Positions 20,024-30,636 of a stretch of DNA of 44,009 bases are shown here, piece by piece. The notes below the pieces were generated by a model. The model was not told where the DNA came from. It saw nothing but the letters and a program-made list of their open reading frames with translations, and did no database searches. The stretch comes from Actinomycetes bacterium (GTDB lineage: Bacteria > Actinomycetota > Humimicrobiia > JAHJRV01), in the NCBI GenBank assembly GCA_023129485.1, contig JAGMBY010000036.1, positions 1 to 44,009 of the forward strand. Direction: 5' to 3'. Position 1 is the stretch's first letter. Each line of letters begins with the position of its first letter. The position numbers and the translations under genes were made by a program.

Positions 20024-20725
20024 TTAATGGCAAGTATTTTTAAGAGTAATTATTTTAACAGTTTTACCAATCTCATTTTCAGCAGAAGCAATTAGAGTAA
20101 ATTCAGTTTCTTCTTTTGTTAAGTTCACCTGAGCGATATTATCATTTGCTGGCAAACCGTCATCCCTGTTAAAATACAATTTAGGTGATGGATCTCCGCT
20201 AACATTAGCTCTAACTCTATAAACACAAAAACCTGTTTCAAGAAATGGTCCCTCAATTATTTCAAGTGTAATTGTGGGGGCCTTGGAAATCAGCTCTGTG
20301 ACTACAAGTTTAAACGAATCTTTTGATTCTTCAAGACTATCTGAAACTGTTAAAGTTACAATATATTCCCCTGGATCTGGATATTGCACCTGAACCATTA
20401 TTCCTTCTGCTATTCTTTCATCCCCCAAACCCCAGGTATATATTAGTTCATCTCCATCAGGGTCAGTGCTTCTATATGCAGACAAAATGATTGTAGATCC
20501 TGCTTCTATTTTTTTATCTTCCCCAGCTCTTGCGATAGGTGGTGAATTCTTAATGCTTAGCCCTTCTTCAGTTTTTTCTTCCTGTTGTTCAATTTTAGAT
20601 TCAAGATCAGATTCTTGTTTTTCATATTGCAAGATACTTTTATTTATGGAATCGATTATTGCATATGCTAAAAGCACAATTATAATTATTGTAATAAAAG
20701 TTCTTCCTATGTTTTTTCTTCTCAT
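20024..20725 (-). CDS. membrane-anchored PKD-domain protein
   Basis: N-terminal TM helix; PPIARAG...STDPDGDELIYTWGLGD...YPDPGEYIVTLTVSD; additional C-terminal beta-rich domain. Confidence 0.8.
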   Translation of the reverse strand: MRRKNIGRTFITIIIIVLLAYAIIDSINKSILQYEKQESDLESKIEQQEEKTEEGLSIKNSPPIARAGEDKKIEAGSTIILSAYRSTDPDGDELIYTWGLGDERIAEGIMVQVQYPDPGEYIVTLTVSDSLEESKDSFKLVVTELISKAPTITLEIIEGPFLETGFCVYRVRANVSGDPSPKLYFNRDDGLPANDNIAQVNLTKEETEFTLIASAENEIGKTVKIITLKNTCH

Positions 20726-20940
20726 AACCAGATAATTTTAATAACTATATTTTTATTTGTTGCTGTTTATTATAGAATAAACTAAAGTATTCTAATTTTA
20801 AAGTATTTTAATTTTGATTTATATATTTTTTGAATAAGAGATTCTTTTAAGATAAATATTTGTTAAATAAATCTTTTTAAGTTTCCTTTTTGACAACCCA
20901 AATTAGAAATATAGCTATTGTCAATTAATTTGGAGGGTGA

Positions 20941-22050
20941 ATGGAATATAGATTAAATTTAAAAGAGCTTTCTAAGATAAGGACTGAGAAGTACCCACTA
21001 ATAACTTTTTATTTCACAGCCTCCTCACCTTTCGAATGGAAAGAGGAGGCAAATATTTTCCTGAAATCAATGGCATCAAAACAAGAGGAAAGACTCAGTA
21101 AAGAACTATTGGATGGATTTAGATCTGATGTTGAGAAAATAAAAGATTATATAAATTATAAGCTTGGGAAATCGGTAAGAAGTTTAGTATTTTTTACATG
21201 TGAAAATGAAAACTTATTTAAGTTTTATAAAGCGCCCTTTCCAATAACTACCCTATTTTTTGTAGGAAATACCCCCTATTTAAAACCATTAGCAGGAGCA
21301 CTAGATAATTATGGGAAATATATCTTGGCTATACTGCATATTGATTATTCATCAATTTATATAATTGATAGAACTGATATTGTGGAGTGGATTTCTAAAG
21401 AGGATAAAATCCCAGTAAAAACTAGAAAAGCGGGTTGGAAGAATTTAGCTAAACCAAGAGTTGAGAGGAGAAGAGGAGAGTATATTAAAAAACATTATAA
21501 GGATATAGCCAATATAGTGAGAAATAGTATGGATAAAGATATTAGTAGAATAATAATTGCAGGTACAAAGAAGAATGTGAATATGTTTATAAACTATCTT
21601 CCAAAGCACCTAAAAGATATTGTTTCAGCTACATTTCAATTTGATACTCATTATAATGATTTCAAGATTATAGAGAAATCAATTGAAGTGCAGCTTGAAA
21701 GTGAAAGAAGAGATGATAAGAGATTAATAGAACAATTAAAGCAATTAGGAAGAGAAAAGATAGCCGTAGGACTTTATCAGGTTCTTTTAACATTACAAAG
21801 AGGACAAATTGATAAATTAATTATTCATCACAAATTTCAAGAATCCGGATGGCTTTGCAATAATTGTGGTTATCTAGCAAGTGGCGGTTCTAAAATCTGC
21901 CCTATGTGCAAAGTTGAGATGAGCAGAGTAAAAGATATAGTAGATGAAGTTGTAAATAAAGCAATAGAATTTGATATTGATGTTGATTTTGTATCAGAAA
22001 ATGGATTTATTGATAATTTTGGAGGAATGGCTGCAATTTTGAGGTATTGA
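20941..22050 (+). CDS. bacterial eRF1/pelota-like protein (baeRF family) with zinc ribbon
   Basis: VGNTPYLKPL, RIIIAG, CNNCG...CPMC, C-terminal GGMAAILRY typical of eRF1 domain 3; GGAGGGTG RBS. Confidence 0.8.
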   Translation: MEYRLNLKELSKIRTEKYPLITFYFTASSPFEWKEEANIFLKSMASKQEERLSKELLDGFRSDVEKIKDYINYKLGKSVRSLVFFTCENENLFKFYKAPFPITTLFFVGNTPYLKPLAGALDNYGKYILAILHIDYSSIYIIDRTDIVEWISKEDKIPVKTRKAGWKNLAKPRVERRRGEYIKKHYKDIANIVRNSMDKDISRIIIAGTKKNVNMFINYLPKHLKDIVSATFQFDTHYNDFKIIEKSIEVQLESERRDDKRLIEQLKQLGREKIAVGLYQVLLTLQRGQIDKLIIHHKFQESGWLCNNCGYLASGGSKICPMCKVEMSRVKDIVDEVVNKAIEFDIDVDFVSENGFIDNFGGMAAILRY

Positions 22051-22112
22051 TATTAAGATAGCAAGATATAAAATTTAAGATAGAACAGTATTAAATGTGA
22101 TTACCTCACTTC

Positions 22113-22137
22113 GCTTGTCCTGAGTACAGCGAATGGA
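22113..22137 (+). repeat. REP-like inner module
   Basis: GCTTGTCCTGAGTACAGCGAATGGA: same CCTGAG-loop-CGAA-GG core as the other repeats. Confidence 0.5.
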
Positions 22138-22216
22138 TTCGAGTCAAGCCTTGAACGAAGTAAAGAAATGATAGATTATCTATTAAATATAAATTAGTTA
22201 ATATAAGTTGATTTGA

Positions 22217-23356
22217 ATGAAAATATTGATAGCTCCAGATAAATATAGAGAAAGCCTTTCTTCAATAAATGTGGCAAAAGCTATTGAAAGAGGCATAAAG
22301 AAGGTTGATAAGAACATAGAAACAGTTTTATGTCCTATAGCAGATGGTGGAGAAGGAACAGTAGATGCATTAGTGGCTGCAACATCTGGCAGATATGTTA
22401 TTTGCGATGCTACAGGACCATTGGGAGAAAAGATAAGTGCTAAATATGGCGTATTAGGAGATAATAAAACAGCTGTTGTTGAGATGGCAGCTGCCTCTGG
22501 GTTGTGGTTGGTTCCTCAGGATAAAAGAAATCCACTTTATACGACAACCTATGGAACCGGGGATATGGTAAGAAGTGCCTTAGATTTTGGTGTTGAAAAG
22601 GTAATAGTAGGTATAGGAGGGAGCTCAACTACTGATGGTGGGATGGGTATGGCGCAAGCTTTAGGAATTAAATTTTATGATAAGGAAGGTAACGAATTAG
22701 GATATGGGGGAATTCAACTTGAGAAGCTATATAGGATTGATATAAAAAATAGAGATCCAAGAGTCAATAGAACTATATTTGAAGTTGCATGTGATGTAGA
22801 TAATCCACTTACCGGTTCTAAAGGAGCAGCCTATGTTTACAGTCCACAAAAGGGAGCGAATCCTGATGAGGTAAAAAGATTGGACGAAGGTTTAAAAAAT
22901 TTTGCAAAAGTGATTAAAAAAGATTTAGGAAAAGATGTGGAAAATTTAAAAGGGACAGGAGCAGCTGGAGGATTAGGAGCTGGACTTGTTGCATTTTTGG
23001 ATGCAAAACTCAGGCTAGGAGTAGATATAGTTACGGAAACTATAAGTTTAAGGAAGAGGATGGAAAATGTAGATTTGGCAATCACAGGTGAGGGTTCAAC
23101 TGATATTCAAACCCTTATGGGTAAAGCTCCAACAGGAGTTATAAATATAGCTAAAGAACTTAAAGTCCCGGTTGTAATAATATCAGGTTCTGTAGCTGAT
23201 GATATGTCTAAATTGCATGAGAGTGGTGTTGATGCTATATTCTCAATTGTTCCTAGACCTATAAGTTTAGAAGAGTCTTTTAGGAATGCTTCCTTGTATT
23301 TGGAAAAGACTGCTGAGGAGGTAATAAGATTATTTACAGCAGCTAAAAGAAAATAA
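22217..23356 (+). CDS. glxK: glycerate kinase (GlxK/GarK family)
   Basis: LIAPDKYRES, PIADGGEGT, GIGGSSTTDGG, CDVDNPL, GAAGGLG, ITGEG. Confidence 0.93.
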   Translation: MKILIAPDKYRESLSSINVAKAIERGIKKVDKNIETVLCPIADGGEGTVDALVAATSGRYVICDATGPLGEKISAKYGVLGDNKTAVVEMAAASGLWLVPQDKRNPLYTTTYGTGDMVRSALDFGVEKVIVGIGGSSTTDGGMGMAQALGIKFYDKEGNELGYGGIQLEKLYRIDIKNRDPRVNRTIFEVACDVDNPLTGSKGAAYVYSPQKGANPDEVKRLDEGLKNFAKVIKKDLGKDVENLKGTGAAGGLGAGLVAFLDAKLRLGVDIVTETISLRKRMENVDLAITGEGSTDIQTLMGKAPTGVINIAKELKVPVVIISGSVADDMSKLHESGVDAIFSIVPRPISLEESFRNASLYLEKTAEEVIRLFTAAKRK

Positions 23357-23529
23357 TAAAGATATCATGAAGGAACTTTTTCAATAAAGGAGAACAGATA
23401 GATTAATCCATTTCTTATCCTCTTATTTGAGAGAGAAGATTTGAGGGAGAGTCTGGAAAGATTTGTTTAAATTAGTAATAATCAATATTAAGGATCTTAT
23501 AAAAGAGTTTTAAATTATAAATTTGTTCA

Positions 23530-24729
23530 ATGAATTGTAATATGGAAAAGAAAAAGAAGATAAGAGTAGCTATACTTATGGGAGGAACTTCGGCAGAGAG
23601 AGAAGTTTCTCTTAACACAGGAGCAAATATTATAGAATATTTAAACAGGGATAAGTATGAGGTAATACCAGTAGAGATTGATAAGAATGGAAGATGGATA
23701 GCACTCCCCGACTCAAAGAAACCATCATTAGCTAAAAAACAAAAATTAATTAAAAAACAAAAATTAAACAAAAAGCAGAGTGAAATTCCAACAGAATCTG
23801 TTTTTAATGAAGAGATTGATTTGAAAGAAATTGAGAAAATTGACGATAAGTACTTAAGCAGTGAATTCAAATTACTTGAAAAAGCAAATCCAATACTAGC
23901 CTTAAATTATGAGGATAAAAAAATTATCAAAGATTTTAAACCAGCAATAGATGTTGTATTTATTGCCCTTCATGGTCCTCAAGGTGAAGATGGAAAATTT
24001 CAAGCTCTTCTCGATCTTTTGGATATTCCATATACTGGATCTGGTGTAATGGCTAGTGCCTTAGGGATGAATAAGTTACTAAGTAAGAGGTTATTTACAC
24101 AAGCTGGCATTTTAGTATCTAAATATATAGATATAAATTTAAAAGATTGGCAAGAAAATATAAAGAAGCAAATTAAAAAAATAAAAGATGAAATAGGCTT
24201 TCCAGCAGTTATAAAACCAGTTGGTCAGGGTTCAAGTGTTGGTGTATCCATTGTTAAAGCGGAAGAAAATCTTGAAGAAGTCATGAAATTGGCATTTGAA
24301 TATGACCCCATAGTTTTAGTTGAAGAATATATTAAAGGAACTGAAGTTGCCTGTGGAATATTGGGAAATGAAGACCCTATTGCTCTTCCACCAATAGAGA
24401 TAGTACCAAAAAGAGAATTTTTTGATTATACTGCAAAATACACACCATCAGAATGTGAAGAGATATGTCCAGCACGAATATCTGAAGAGATGACCAAAAA
24501 AGCTCAAAAATACGCTTTAAAAGCTCACAAGGCACTGGGATGTGTTGGATTTTCACGAGTAGATATGTTTATAAGTGGAAATGATGTCTATGTTTCTGAG
24601 GTAAATACAATTCCTGGTCTGACATATGCTTCACTTTATCCAAAAGAGGCAAAAGCAGCAGGGATTAGTTTTTCAGAACTTTTAGATAGATTAATAACAT
24701 TAGCATTAGAAAATCCTGTTAAATATTAA
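23530..24729 (+). CDS. ddl: D-alanine--D-alanine ligase
   Basis: GGTSAEREVSL, ALHGPQGEDG, PYTGSG, KPVGQGSSVG, RVDMF, EVNTIPG; start may be the ATG at 23542. Confidence 0.95.
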   Translation: MNCNMEKKKKIRVAILMGGTSAEREVSLNTGANIIEYLNRDKYEVIPVEIDKNGRWIALPDSKKPSLAKKQKLIKKQKLNKKQSEIPTESVFNEEIDLKEIEKIDDKYLSSEFKLLEKANPILALNYEDKKIIKDFKPAIDVVFIALHGPQGEDGKFQALLDLLDIPYTGSGVMASALGMNKLLSKRLFTQAGILVSKYIDINLKDWQENIKKQIKKIKDEIGFPAVIKPVGQGSSVGVSIVKAEENLEEVMKLAFEYDPIVLVEEYIKGTEVACGILGNEDPIALPPIEIVPKREFFDYTAKYTPSECEEICPARISEEMTKKAQKYALKAHKALGCVGFSRVDMFISGNDVYVSEVNTIPGLTYASLYPKEAKAAGISFSELLDRLITLALENPVKY

Positions 24730-24742
24730 TTAAATATTATAG

Positions 24743-25276
24743 TTATTTGCATTTATCAACATAGGTTGACCCTTCAATCACTTTTTGAAACCAGGTTACT
24801 CCCTCTTGAAGAGCTTCTATCTGAAGAATATACCAACCTATATTTTCTGGTGCTTTCACTTTAACTATTACTTCTACTGATTCATCAGGTGCTACATCTT
24901 CTGGTATTAAAGTTCTGCCACCATCATCCCAGGAAGGCTCAGGTTGATTTCCCTTAGGAAACCAGTGATAACCCACTCTTACTGGGGATTTTCCAGAACT
25001 TGGCCATGTGAAGGAACTTTTATTTTTAAGTGTTATTTTTATAAGATTCACTTCACCTGCACAAAGAAATGTAGGAATATATCCATCATATTTAATATCA
25101 TGTGTTTCTTTTGAATAATCTATTGAGGGTCTTTCTGGTTCTACTTCTTCTTTTGTTTTTTCTTCGACAACTTTAGTTTCTTCTGGAGACACAAGAGTTT
25201 CTCTTGAACATGATGTGATAAATAGTAAAACTAAGATTATTGAAAGCATGGTAATAAAAATCTTATTTTTTTTCAT
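24743..25276 (-). CDS. lipoprotein with Ig-like (NBR1-like) domain
   Basis: Signal peptide with lipobox ITSC; KNKSSFTW...VGYHW...DVAPDES...EGVTWF. Confidence 0.7.
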   Translation of the reverse strand: MKKNKIFITMLSIILVLLFITSCSRETLVSPEETKVVEEKTKEEVEPERPSIDYSKETHDIKYDGYIPTFLCAGEVNLIKITLKNKSSFTWPSSGKSPVRVGYHWFPKGNQPEPSWDDGGRTLIPEDVAPDESVEVIVKVKAPENIGWYILQIEALQEGVTWFQKVIEGSTYVDKCK

Positions 25277-25469
25277 ATATCAATACCTTTCCTTTTGAAA
25301 AATTAAGTTGTACATATTATTTTTATTGTTAGAAAACTGGCTTCAAGTTCCTCTATTAAAAAGGATTAAAAGCCTTATTTATTTTTGTTATTAAAATCTA
25401 ATTCTTAATTAGATTATGTTACTAAAATTTTCAATAGATTTCAAAAATAAAAAGGAATTTAGAATTTAA

Positions 25470-25498
25470 TTGACAAACATTATTATTTTTAATAATAT
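25470..25498 (+). promoter_or_regulatory. sigma70 promoter upstream of padR
   Basis: TTGACA, 17 bp, TAATAT. Confidence 0.55.
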
Positions 25499-25650
25499 TT
25501 TTAAGGAAATCTTATTAAAGAATTTTAAAATTTATTTTTCAATTGATTTAATAAATTATTTTTTACCTAAATACAAAAAGATTTAATCTAAATTTATTTA
25601 ATTTAGATTATTATATCTTGATTAAATTAATAAAACATTAAAATAACTAC

Positions 25651-26052
25651 ATGCCAAGAAAAAAGAAAGAAAAATCCTTAAAAAATTTTGAATGTACAGT
25701 TAAGGATATCTTCTTAGGAGAAGTAAAGTCCAAGAATATTTTTCCACTAATTATACTTCATCTAATTTCCAATGAATCTCAGTATGGTAATAAATTAATA
25801 TCAAAAATTAAAGAGATGAGTGGAAACATTATGACAGTAAATCCTAATACAATCTATCCTCTTTTAACAAGAATGGAGGAATTAGGTTATGTAAAGGGTA
25901 AATGGGATAGACCTAAAAAACCATATAGGAAATATTATTCTATAACAAAAAAAGGTTTTAAAAAATATATTGAGATTAAGGGAGCCCAAAAACCCTGGAT
26001 GGAAAAACTTGAAAAAGCTGTGAAGATATTCAGGAAAGAAATTTATAGTTAA
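25651..26052 (+). CDS. PadR-family transcriptional regulator
   Basis: YGNKL, NPNTIYPLLTRMEELGYV, RKYYSITKKG. Confidence 0.88.
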   Translation: MPRKKKEKSLKNFECTVKDIFLGEVKSKNIFPLIILHLISNESQYGNKLISKIKEMSGNIMTVNPNTIYPLLTRMEELGYVKGKWDRPKKPYRKYYSITKKGFKKYIEIKGAQKPWMEKLEKAVKIFRKEIYS

Positions 26053-26148
26053 AATACTAAATTAATATTTGAAATTTTTATTTAAAAATAAATTTATATT
26101 TGTAAGGTTTCATTAATTTGTAAAAAATATTTTTTAAAGGGGGTTATT

Positions 26149-27327
26149 TTGAGAGATGTTGTAATTACAAGTGCAGTAAGGACAGCAATTGGATATTTTG
26201 GAGGAACCATAAAAGATGTATTACCTGCTGATTTAGCAAAAGTTGTTATAGAGGAAGCTATGAATAGATCAAATGTTAAAGGTGAGGAGATTGATGACGT
26301 TATCTTGGGATGCATTTTACAGAGAAGTGATGAACCTAACGTTGGCAGAGTAGCTGCATTAAAAGCAGGAATCCCCGTTGAAGTTCCAGGATATACTGTA
26401 AATAGATTATGTGCTTCTGGCATGCAGTCTGTTATTAATGCAGCAAGAGCAATAAAACTCAACGATGCAGATATTATAGTAGCAGGTGGTGTTGAAAATA
26501 TGAGTGCTGCTCCATATATTTTGAAAGGAGCAAGATGGGGTTATAGATTAAGACATGGTGAAATAACAGATTCTCTTTGGGAGGGATTAACAGACCCCAT
26601 AAGAAACATCATAATGGGTATGACTGCTGAAAATTTAGCGGAAAAATACAATATAACAAGGGAAGAACAGGACGAATATGCTGCAAGAAGTCAGATGAGA
26701 GCAACAAGAGCAATAGTTGAGGGGAGATTTAAAGAAGAAATAGTTCCAGTGATGGTTCCACAGAAAAGGGGAGAGCCTATTAAGTTTGAAACAGATGAGT
26801 TTCCAAAACCCGGTATTTCGAAAGAAAAGTTAGCTCTTTATCCCACTGTTTTTAAAAAGGGTGGAACAGTTACACCCGGAAATTCCTGTGGAATAAATGA
26901 TGGTACAGCAGCTTTAATAGTAATGGGTGATGATATTGCTAAAAAGAGAGGATTAAAACCTATCGCTAAAATCTTATCTTATGGTGTGGCTGCAGTAGAT
27001 CCAGCTTTCATGGGAATTGGTCCTGTTTATGCTATTCCTAAAGCTTTAGAAAGAGCTGGATTAAAGTTGGAAGACATGGATTTGATTGAACTAAACGAAG
27101 CATTTGCTGCTCAGGTTTTAGCAGTAGATAAAGAACTTCATTTTAACCACGATAAATTAAATGTAAATGGTGGTGCAATTGCTCTGGGTCACCCAGTAGG
27201 ATGTAGTGGTACAAGAATAATAGTAACGCTACTTTATGCAATGAAGGATAGAGATGCTAAATATGGACTTGCAGCATTATGTGTAGGAGGTGGTCAGGGA
27301 GCAGCAATGGTTGTAGAGAGAATGTGA
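26149..27327 (+). CDS. thlA: acetyl-CoA acetyltransferase (thiolase)
   Basis: NRLCASG, NEAFAAQ, GGAIALGHPVG, LCVGGGQG; TTG start. Confidence 0.95.
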   Translation: MRDVVITSAVRTAIGYFGGTIKDVLPADLAKVVIEEAMNRSNVKGEEIDDVILGCILQRSDEPNVGRVAALKAGIPVEVPGYTVNRLCASGMQSVINAARAIKLNDADIIVAGGVENMSAAPYILKGARWGYRLRHGEITDSLWEGLTDPIRNIIMGMTAENLAEKYNITREEQDEYAARSQMRATRAIVEGRFKEEIVPVMVPQKRGEPIKFETDEFPKPGISKEKLALYPTVFKKGGTVTPGNSCGINDGTAALIVMGDDIAKKRGLKPIAKILSYGVAAVDPAFMGIGPVYAIPKALERAGLKLEDMDLIELNEAFAAQVLAVDKELHFNHDKLNVNGGAIALGHPVGCSGTRIIVTLLYAMKDRDAKYGLAALCVGGGQGAAMVVERM

Positions 27328-27380
27328 ACTACTTTCTCAAAAAATGACATAATAATTAACATAAATAATGTCATAAAAAA

Positions 27381-27433
27381 TGTCATTCTGACCCTGACTT
27401 TGAGTGTAACGAAAAGGAAGGGGAAGAATCTCA
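27381..27433 (+). repeat. TGTCA-tagged REP-like hairpin with three nested units
   Basis: TGTCA-TTC-TGA-CCC-TGA-CTT-TGA-GTGTAAC-GAA-AAG-GAA-GGG-GAA-GAA-TCTCA. Confidence 0.85.
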
Positions 27434-27551
27434 TTAAAAAGAATATATTTTAATTAAATTTTTAAAAACAATATTAATTAAAACTTTAAAAATTCTAGAA
27501 CTTTATAATTATTATTATTGCTAAGAAATTCTTAAAAAGGAGGATTTTAAA

Positions 27552-28409
27552 ATGTATGTTTACAAAATAGGTATTTGTGGAGCGGGGACTATGGGAGCTG
27601 AAATAGCTGAAGTAGCTGCTTATGCAGGTCTTCCTGTGATTCTCAGGGATATTAAACAGGAATTTGTAGATTCAGGGATTAAAAAAGCCAATGATATTCT
27701 TCAGAGAAGAGTTGATAAAGGTAAAATGTCTCAAGAAATGAAAGACCAGATTATGGAAAGGATAACTGGTACATTAAAGTTAGAGGATTTAAAGGATGTC
27801 GATGTAATAATTGAAGCTATTCCAGAGGATATAGACTTAAAAATTGAATTATTCAAGGAACTTAATGATATATGTGAACCCCATACAATTTTTACTTCTA
27901 ATACATCTGCTTTGTCCATCTCAAAAATGGGTAGTGGATCTGGTAGACCTGAGAAAGTCATAGGTATGCACTTTTTCTTTCCAGCACATGTTATGAAGTT
28001 AGTTGAAGTTATACCAGGCATTGAAACATCTCAAGATACGATAGATACAATAGTTGAGCTTTCAGAAAGATTCAGGAAATTACCTGTTAAGGTAAAGGAA
28101 ATACCTGGATTTTTGGTAAACAGAATACTTCTTCCAATGTTAATAGAGGCCTGTAAATGTCTTGATGAAGGAGTAGCATCAGCAAAAGATATAGATTTGG
28201 CTATGCAGGCAGGTGCAGGAATGCCAATGGGTCCTTTCACTCTTGCAGATAATTTAGGACTTGATGTTGTTTTAAATGTAGCTGATTATATGGCTAAGCA
28301 ATATGGAAATCCAAACTTTAATCCCCCATATCTTCTAAGAAAAATGGTAGCAGCAGGACATCTTGGAGTAAAAACAGGAAGAGGATTTTACGACTATAGC
28401 AAAATGTAA
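27552..28409 (+). CDS. hbd: 3-hydroxyacyl-CoA (3-hydroxybutyryl-CoA) dehydrogenase
   Basis: GAGTMG, EAIPE, SNTSALS, GMHFF, PGFLVNR, PMGPF, GVKTGRGFY. Confidence 0.93.
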   Translation: MYVYKIGICGAGTMGAEIAEVAAYAGLPVILRDIKQEFVDSGIKKANDILQRRVDKGKMSQEMKDQIMERITGTLKLEDLKDVDVIIEAIPEDIDLKIELFKELNDICEPHTIFTSNTSALSISKMGSGSGRPEKVIGMHFFFPAHVMKLVEVIPGIETSQDTIDTIVELSERFRKLPVKVKEIPGFLVNRILLPMLIEACKCLDEGVASAKDIDLAMQAGAGMPMGPFTLADNLGLDVVLNVADYMAKQYGNPNFNPPYLLRKMVAAGHLGVKTGRGFYDYSKM

Positions 28410-28467
28410 AAATTTTATAAATAATATAATTCCAAAATAAAAAAAATATTTAAAATGGAGGTAAATT

Positions 28468-29247
28468 ATGGCAAGAGAGTTTGTTAATTATACTGTTGAA
28501 GATAAAGTTGCAACTATTGTTATTGATCGTCCTCCTGTAAATGCTTTAGATAGCAAAACTATGGAAGAATTAGACGAGGTATTAGGTGAGTTAGAAAAAG
28601 ATCCAAATGTGGCAGCAATTGTAATAACAGGTGGCGGAAAATATGCTTTCATTGCTGGTGCAGATGTAAAAGAGATGCCAAAACTTACTCCAGAGTTAGC
28701 AGAGGAGATGTCGGCGAAAGGACAAGCAATTTTAACGAAGATGGAGAAAATGGGGAAACCAGTTATAGCTGCTATAAACGGTCTTGCTCTTGGAGGAGGA
28801 TTGGAATTAGCCATGGCTACTGATATAAGAATAATCTCTGATAGAGCTCGTATAGGACAACCTGAAATAAATTTGGGTCTGTTCCCTGGTTGGGGTGGAA
28901 CCCAGAGACTTCCCAGAATAGTTGGTTTAGCAAAAGCAAAGGAGATGATTTTTACAGGGGATATGATAAGTGCTCAGGAGGCTATGCGAATAGGACTTGT
29001 TAATAAAGTTGTTCCAGATGGTGAAGAGCTAAAAGTAGCGAGGGATATCGCAAAAAAAATAATAAGCAAAGCACCAATTGCAGTAGCTAAATCCAAGAAT
29101 GCTATGGAGGAGGGTATTCAGGTATCATTGGAGGAAGGGTTAAAAAAAGAATCTGAGTTATTTGGAGAGATTTGTGGAACTGAGGATATGAAAGAAGGGG
29201 TAGCTGCATTTATTGAAAAGAGACAACCAAAATTTAAAGGAAAATAA
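28468..29247 (+). CDS. crt: enoyl-CoA hydratase (crotonase)
   Basis: AFIAGAD, ALGGGLELA, GQPEINLG, PGWGGTQRL, AFIEKR. Confidence 0.93.
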   Translation: MAREFVNYTVEDKVATIVIDRPPVNALDSKTMEELDEVLGELEKDPNVAAIVITGGGKYAFIAGADVKEMPKLTPELAEEMSAKGQAILTKMEKMGKPVIAAINGLALGGGLELAMATDIRIISDRARIGQPEINLGLFPGWGGTQRLPRIVGLAKAKEMIFTGDMISAQEAMRIGLVNKVVPDGEELKVARDIAKKIISKAPIAVAKSKNAMEEGIQVSLEEGLKKESELFGEICGTEDMKEGVAAFIEKRQPKFKGK

Positions 29248-29427
29248 TTAGCAATTTCTATAAGAGTATCAAGTAGATTTATTTGCGTAAAATAAACAAA
29301 AGTTACACAAAACGAATATTATTTTTCAAAAAAGAGTTATAAATAATTTATCATTGAAGAACATCAAAAATTAAACAATATTAATAATTTATAAAAATCT
29401 GACAACTTCATTAGGAAGGAGGTGCAG

Positions 29428-30585
29428 ATGGATTATTCCATTTCAAAAGAACTTGAGTTGTTGCGTAAGACAGTAAGAGAGTTCTGTGAAAATGAAGTAG
29501 TGCCTGTAGTTGAAGATATGGATAGAGAAGGAAAGTTTCCTGAAGAAAATATAAAGAAGATGGCAAAATTGGGTTTAATGGGACTTCCCATTTCAAAAGA
29601 ATACGGTGGTGCTGGAGCAGGAATGTTAGGATACTGTATTGCTGTAGAGGAAATTGGGAAAGTTTGTAATTCACACGGTACAATTTTAGGAGCTCATACA
29701 TCTCTATGTTGTATGCCTATTGAGATGTTCGGGACAGAAGAACAAAAGCAGAAATACTTAGTGCCATTAGCAAGAGGTGAGAAACTTGGAGCATTTGCTT
29801 TAACGGAACCTAATGCTGGCTCAGATGCAGCTGCTATAGAAACTACAGCAGTAAGAGAGGGTGATTATTATATATTGAATGGAACTAAGATATGGATAAC
29901 CAATGCAGACAGAGCAGATGTAATTATAGTTTTAACAGTAACTGATAAAGCACTTGGAGCTCGAGGTGGAATAACTACACTCATAGTTGAGAAAGGTACG
30001 CCAGGGCTTTCAGTAGGAACATTAGAGGATAAGATGGGAATTAGAGGTTCAAGTACTGCTGAATTAATATTTGAAAATTGTAGAGTGCCAAAGGAAAATG
30101 TTTTAGGTGATGTTGGAGCAGGATTTATTGTTTTTATGAAAGGTCTTGATTGTGGTAGACTGTCACTTGCAGCAGGTTGTGTTGGAGGAGCTCAGGCATG
30201 TTTAGATGCATCAATAAAATTTGCTATGAATAGGATTCAATTTGGAAAACCTATATGGGAAAAACAGGCAATACAGTGGATGATTGCTGATATGGCAACA
30301 GAGGTATATGCAGCGAGGAATATGGTATATCATGCAATCTGGTTAAAAGAAACTGGTAAAAGGTTTACAAAAGAATCTGCAATGTGCAAGCTTTTTGCAT
30401 CTGAAATTCTCTGTAAAGCAATTGATACAGCATTACAGATTCATGGAGGTATGGGATACATGAAGAAATTCCCTATTGAGAGGATGTATAGAGATGCAAG
30501 AATAACAAGAATCTATGAAGGAACTAATGAAATTCAAAAACTTGTAATAGCTAATATGATTAGCAGGGAAATGAGGAGAGCATAA
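29428..30585 (+). CDS. bcd: acyl-CoA (butyryl-CoA) dehydrogenase
   Basis: [40 protein letters not shown]; ATG at 29428 follows AGGAGG (track start 29422). Confidence 0.93.
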   Translation: MDYSISKELELLRKTVREFCENEVVPVVEDMDREGKFPEENIKKMAKLGLMGLPISKEYGGAGAGMLGYCIAVEEIGKVCNSHGTILGAHTSLCCMPIEMFGTEEQKQKYLVPLARGEKLGAFALTEPNAGSDAAAIETTAVREGDYYILNGTKIWITNADRADVIIVLTVTDKALGARGGITTLIVEKGTPGLSVGTLEDKMGIRGSSTAELIFENCRVPKENVLGDVGAGFIVFMKGLDCGRLSLAAGCVGGAQACLDASIKFAMNRIQFGKPIWEKQAIQWMIADMATEVYAARNMVYHAIWLKETGKRFTKESAMCKLFASEILCKAIDTALQIHGGMGYMKKFPIERMYRDARITRIYEGTNEIQKLVIANMISREMRRA

Positions 30586-30636
30586 AAAGAGTATTAATTT
30601 AAAATATTAATTTAATAATAAATTTTTGGGGGTAAT

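Noticed and set aside
23415-23455. Purine-rich degenerate hairpins here and near 42446-42475 as a second repeat family
   Set aside because: Too degraded to align with confidence to the 931-989 element.
25395-25610. Two AATCTAA...TTAGATT inverted repeats upstream of padR as operators
   Set aside because: Spacers differ (7 versus 11 bp) and the region is extremely AT-rich.
27354-27381. Second dif-like sequence (ATTTTTTATGA-CATTAT-TTATGTTAATT on the minus strand)
   Set aside because: Almost all A/T, left arm lacks the CATAA/TATAA end, and it lies inside an operon among repeat remnants; likely chance.
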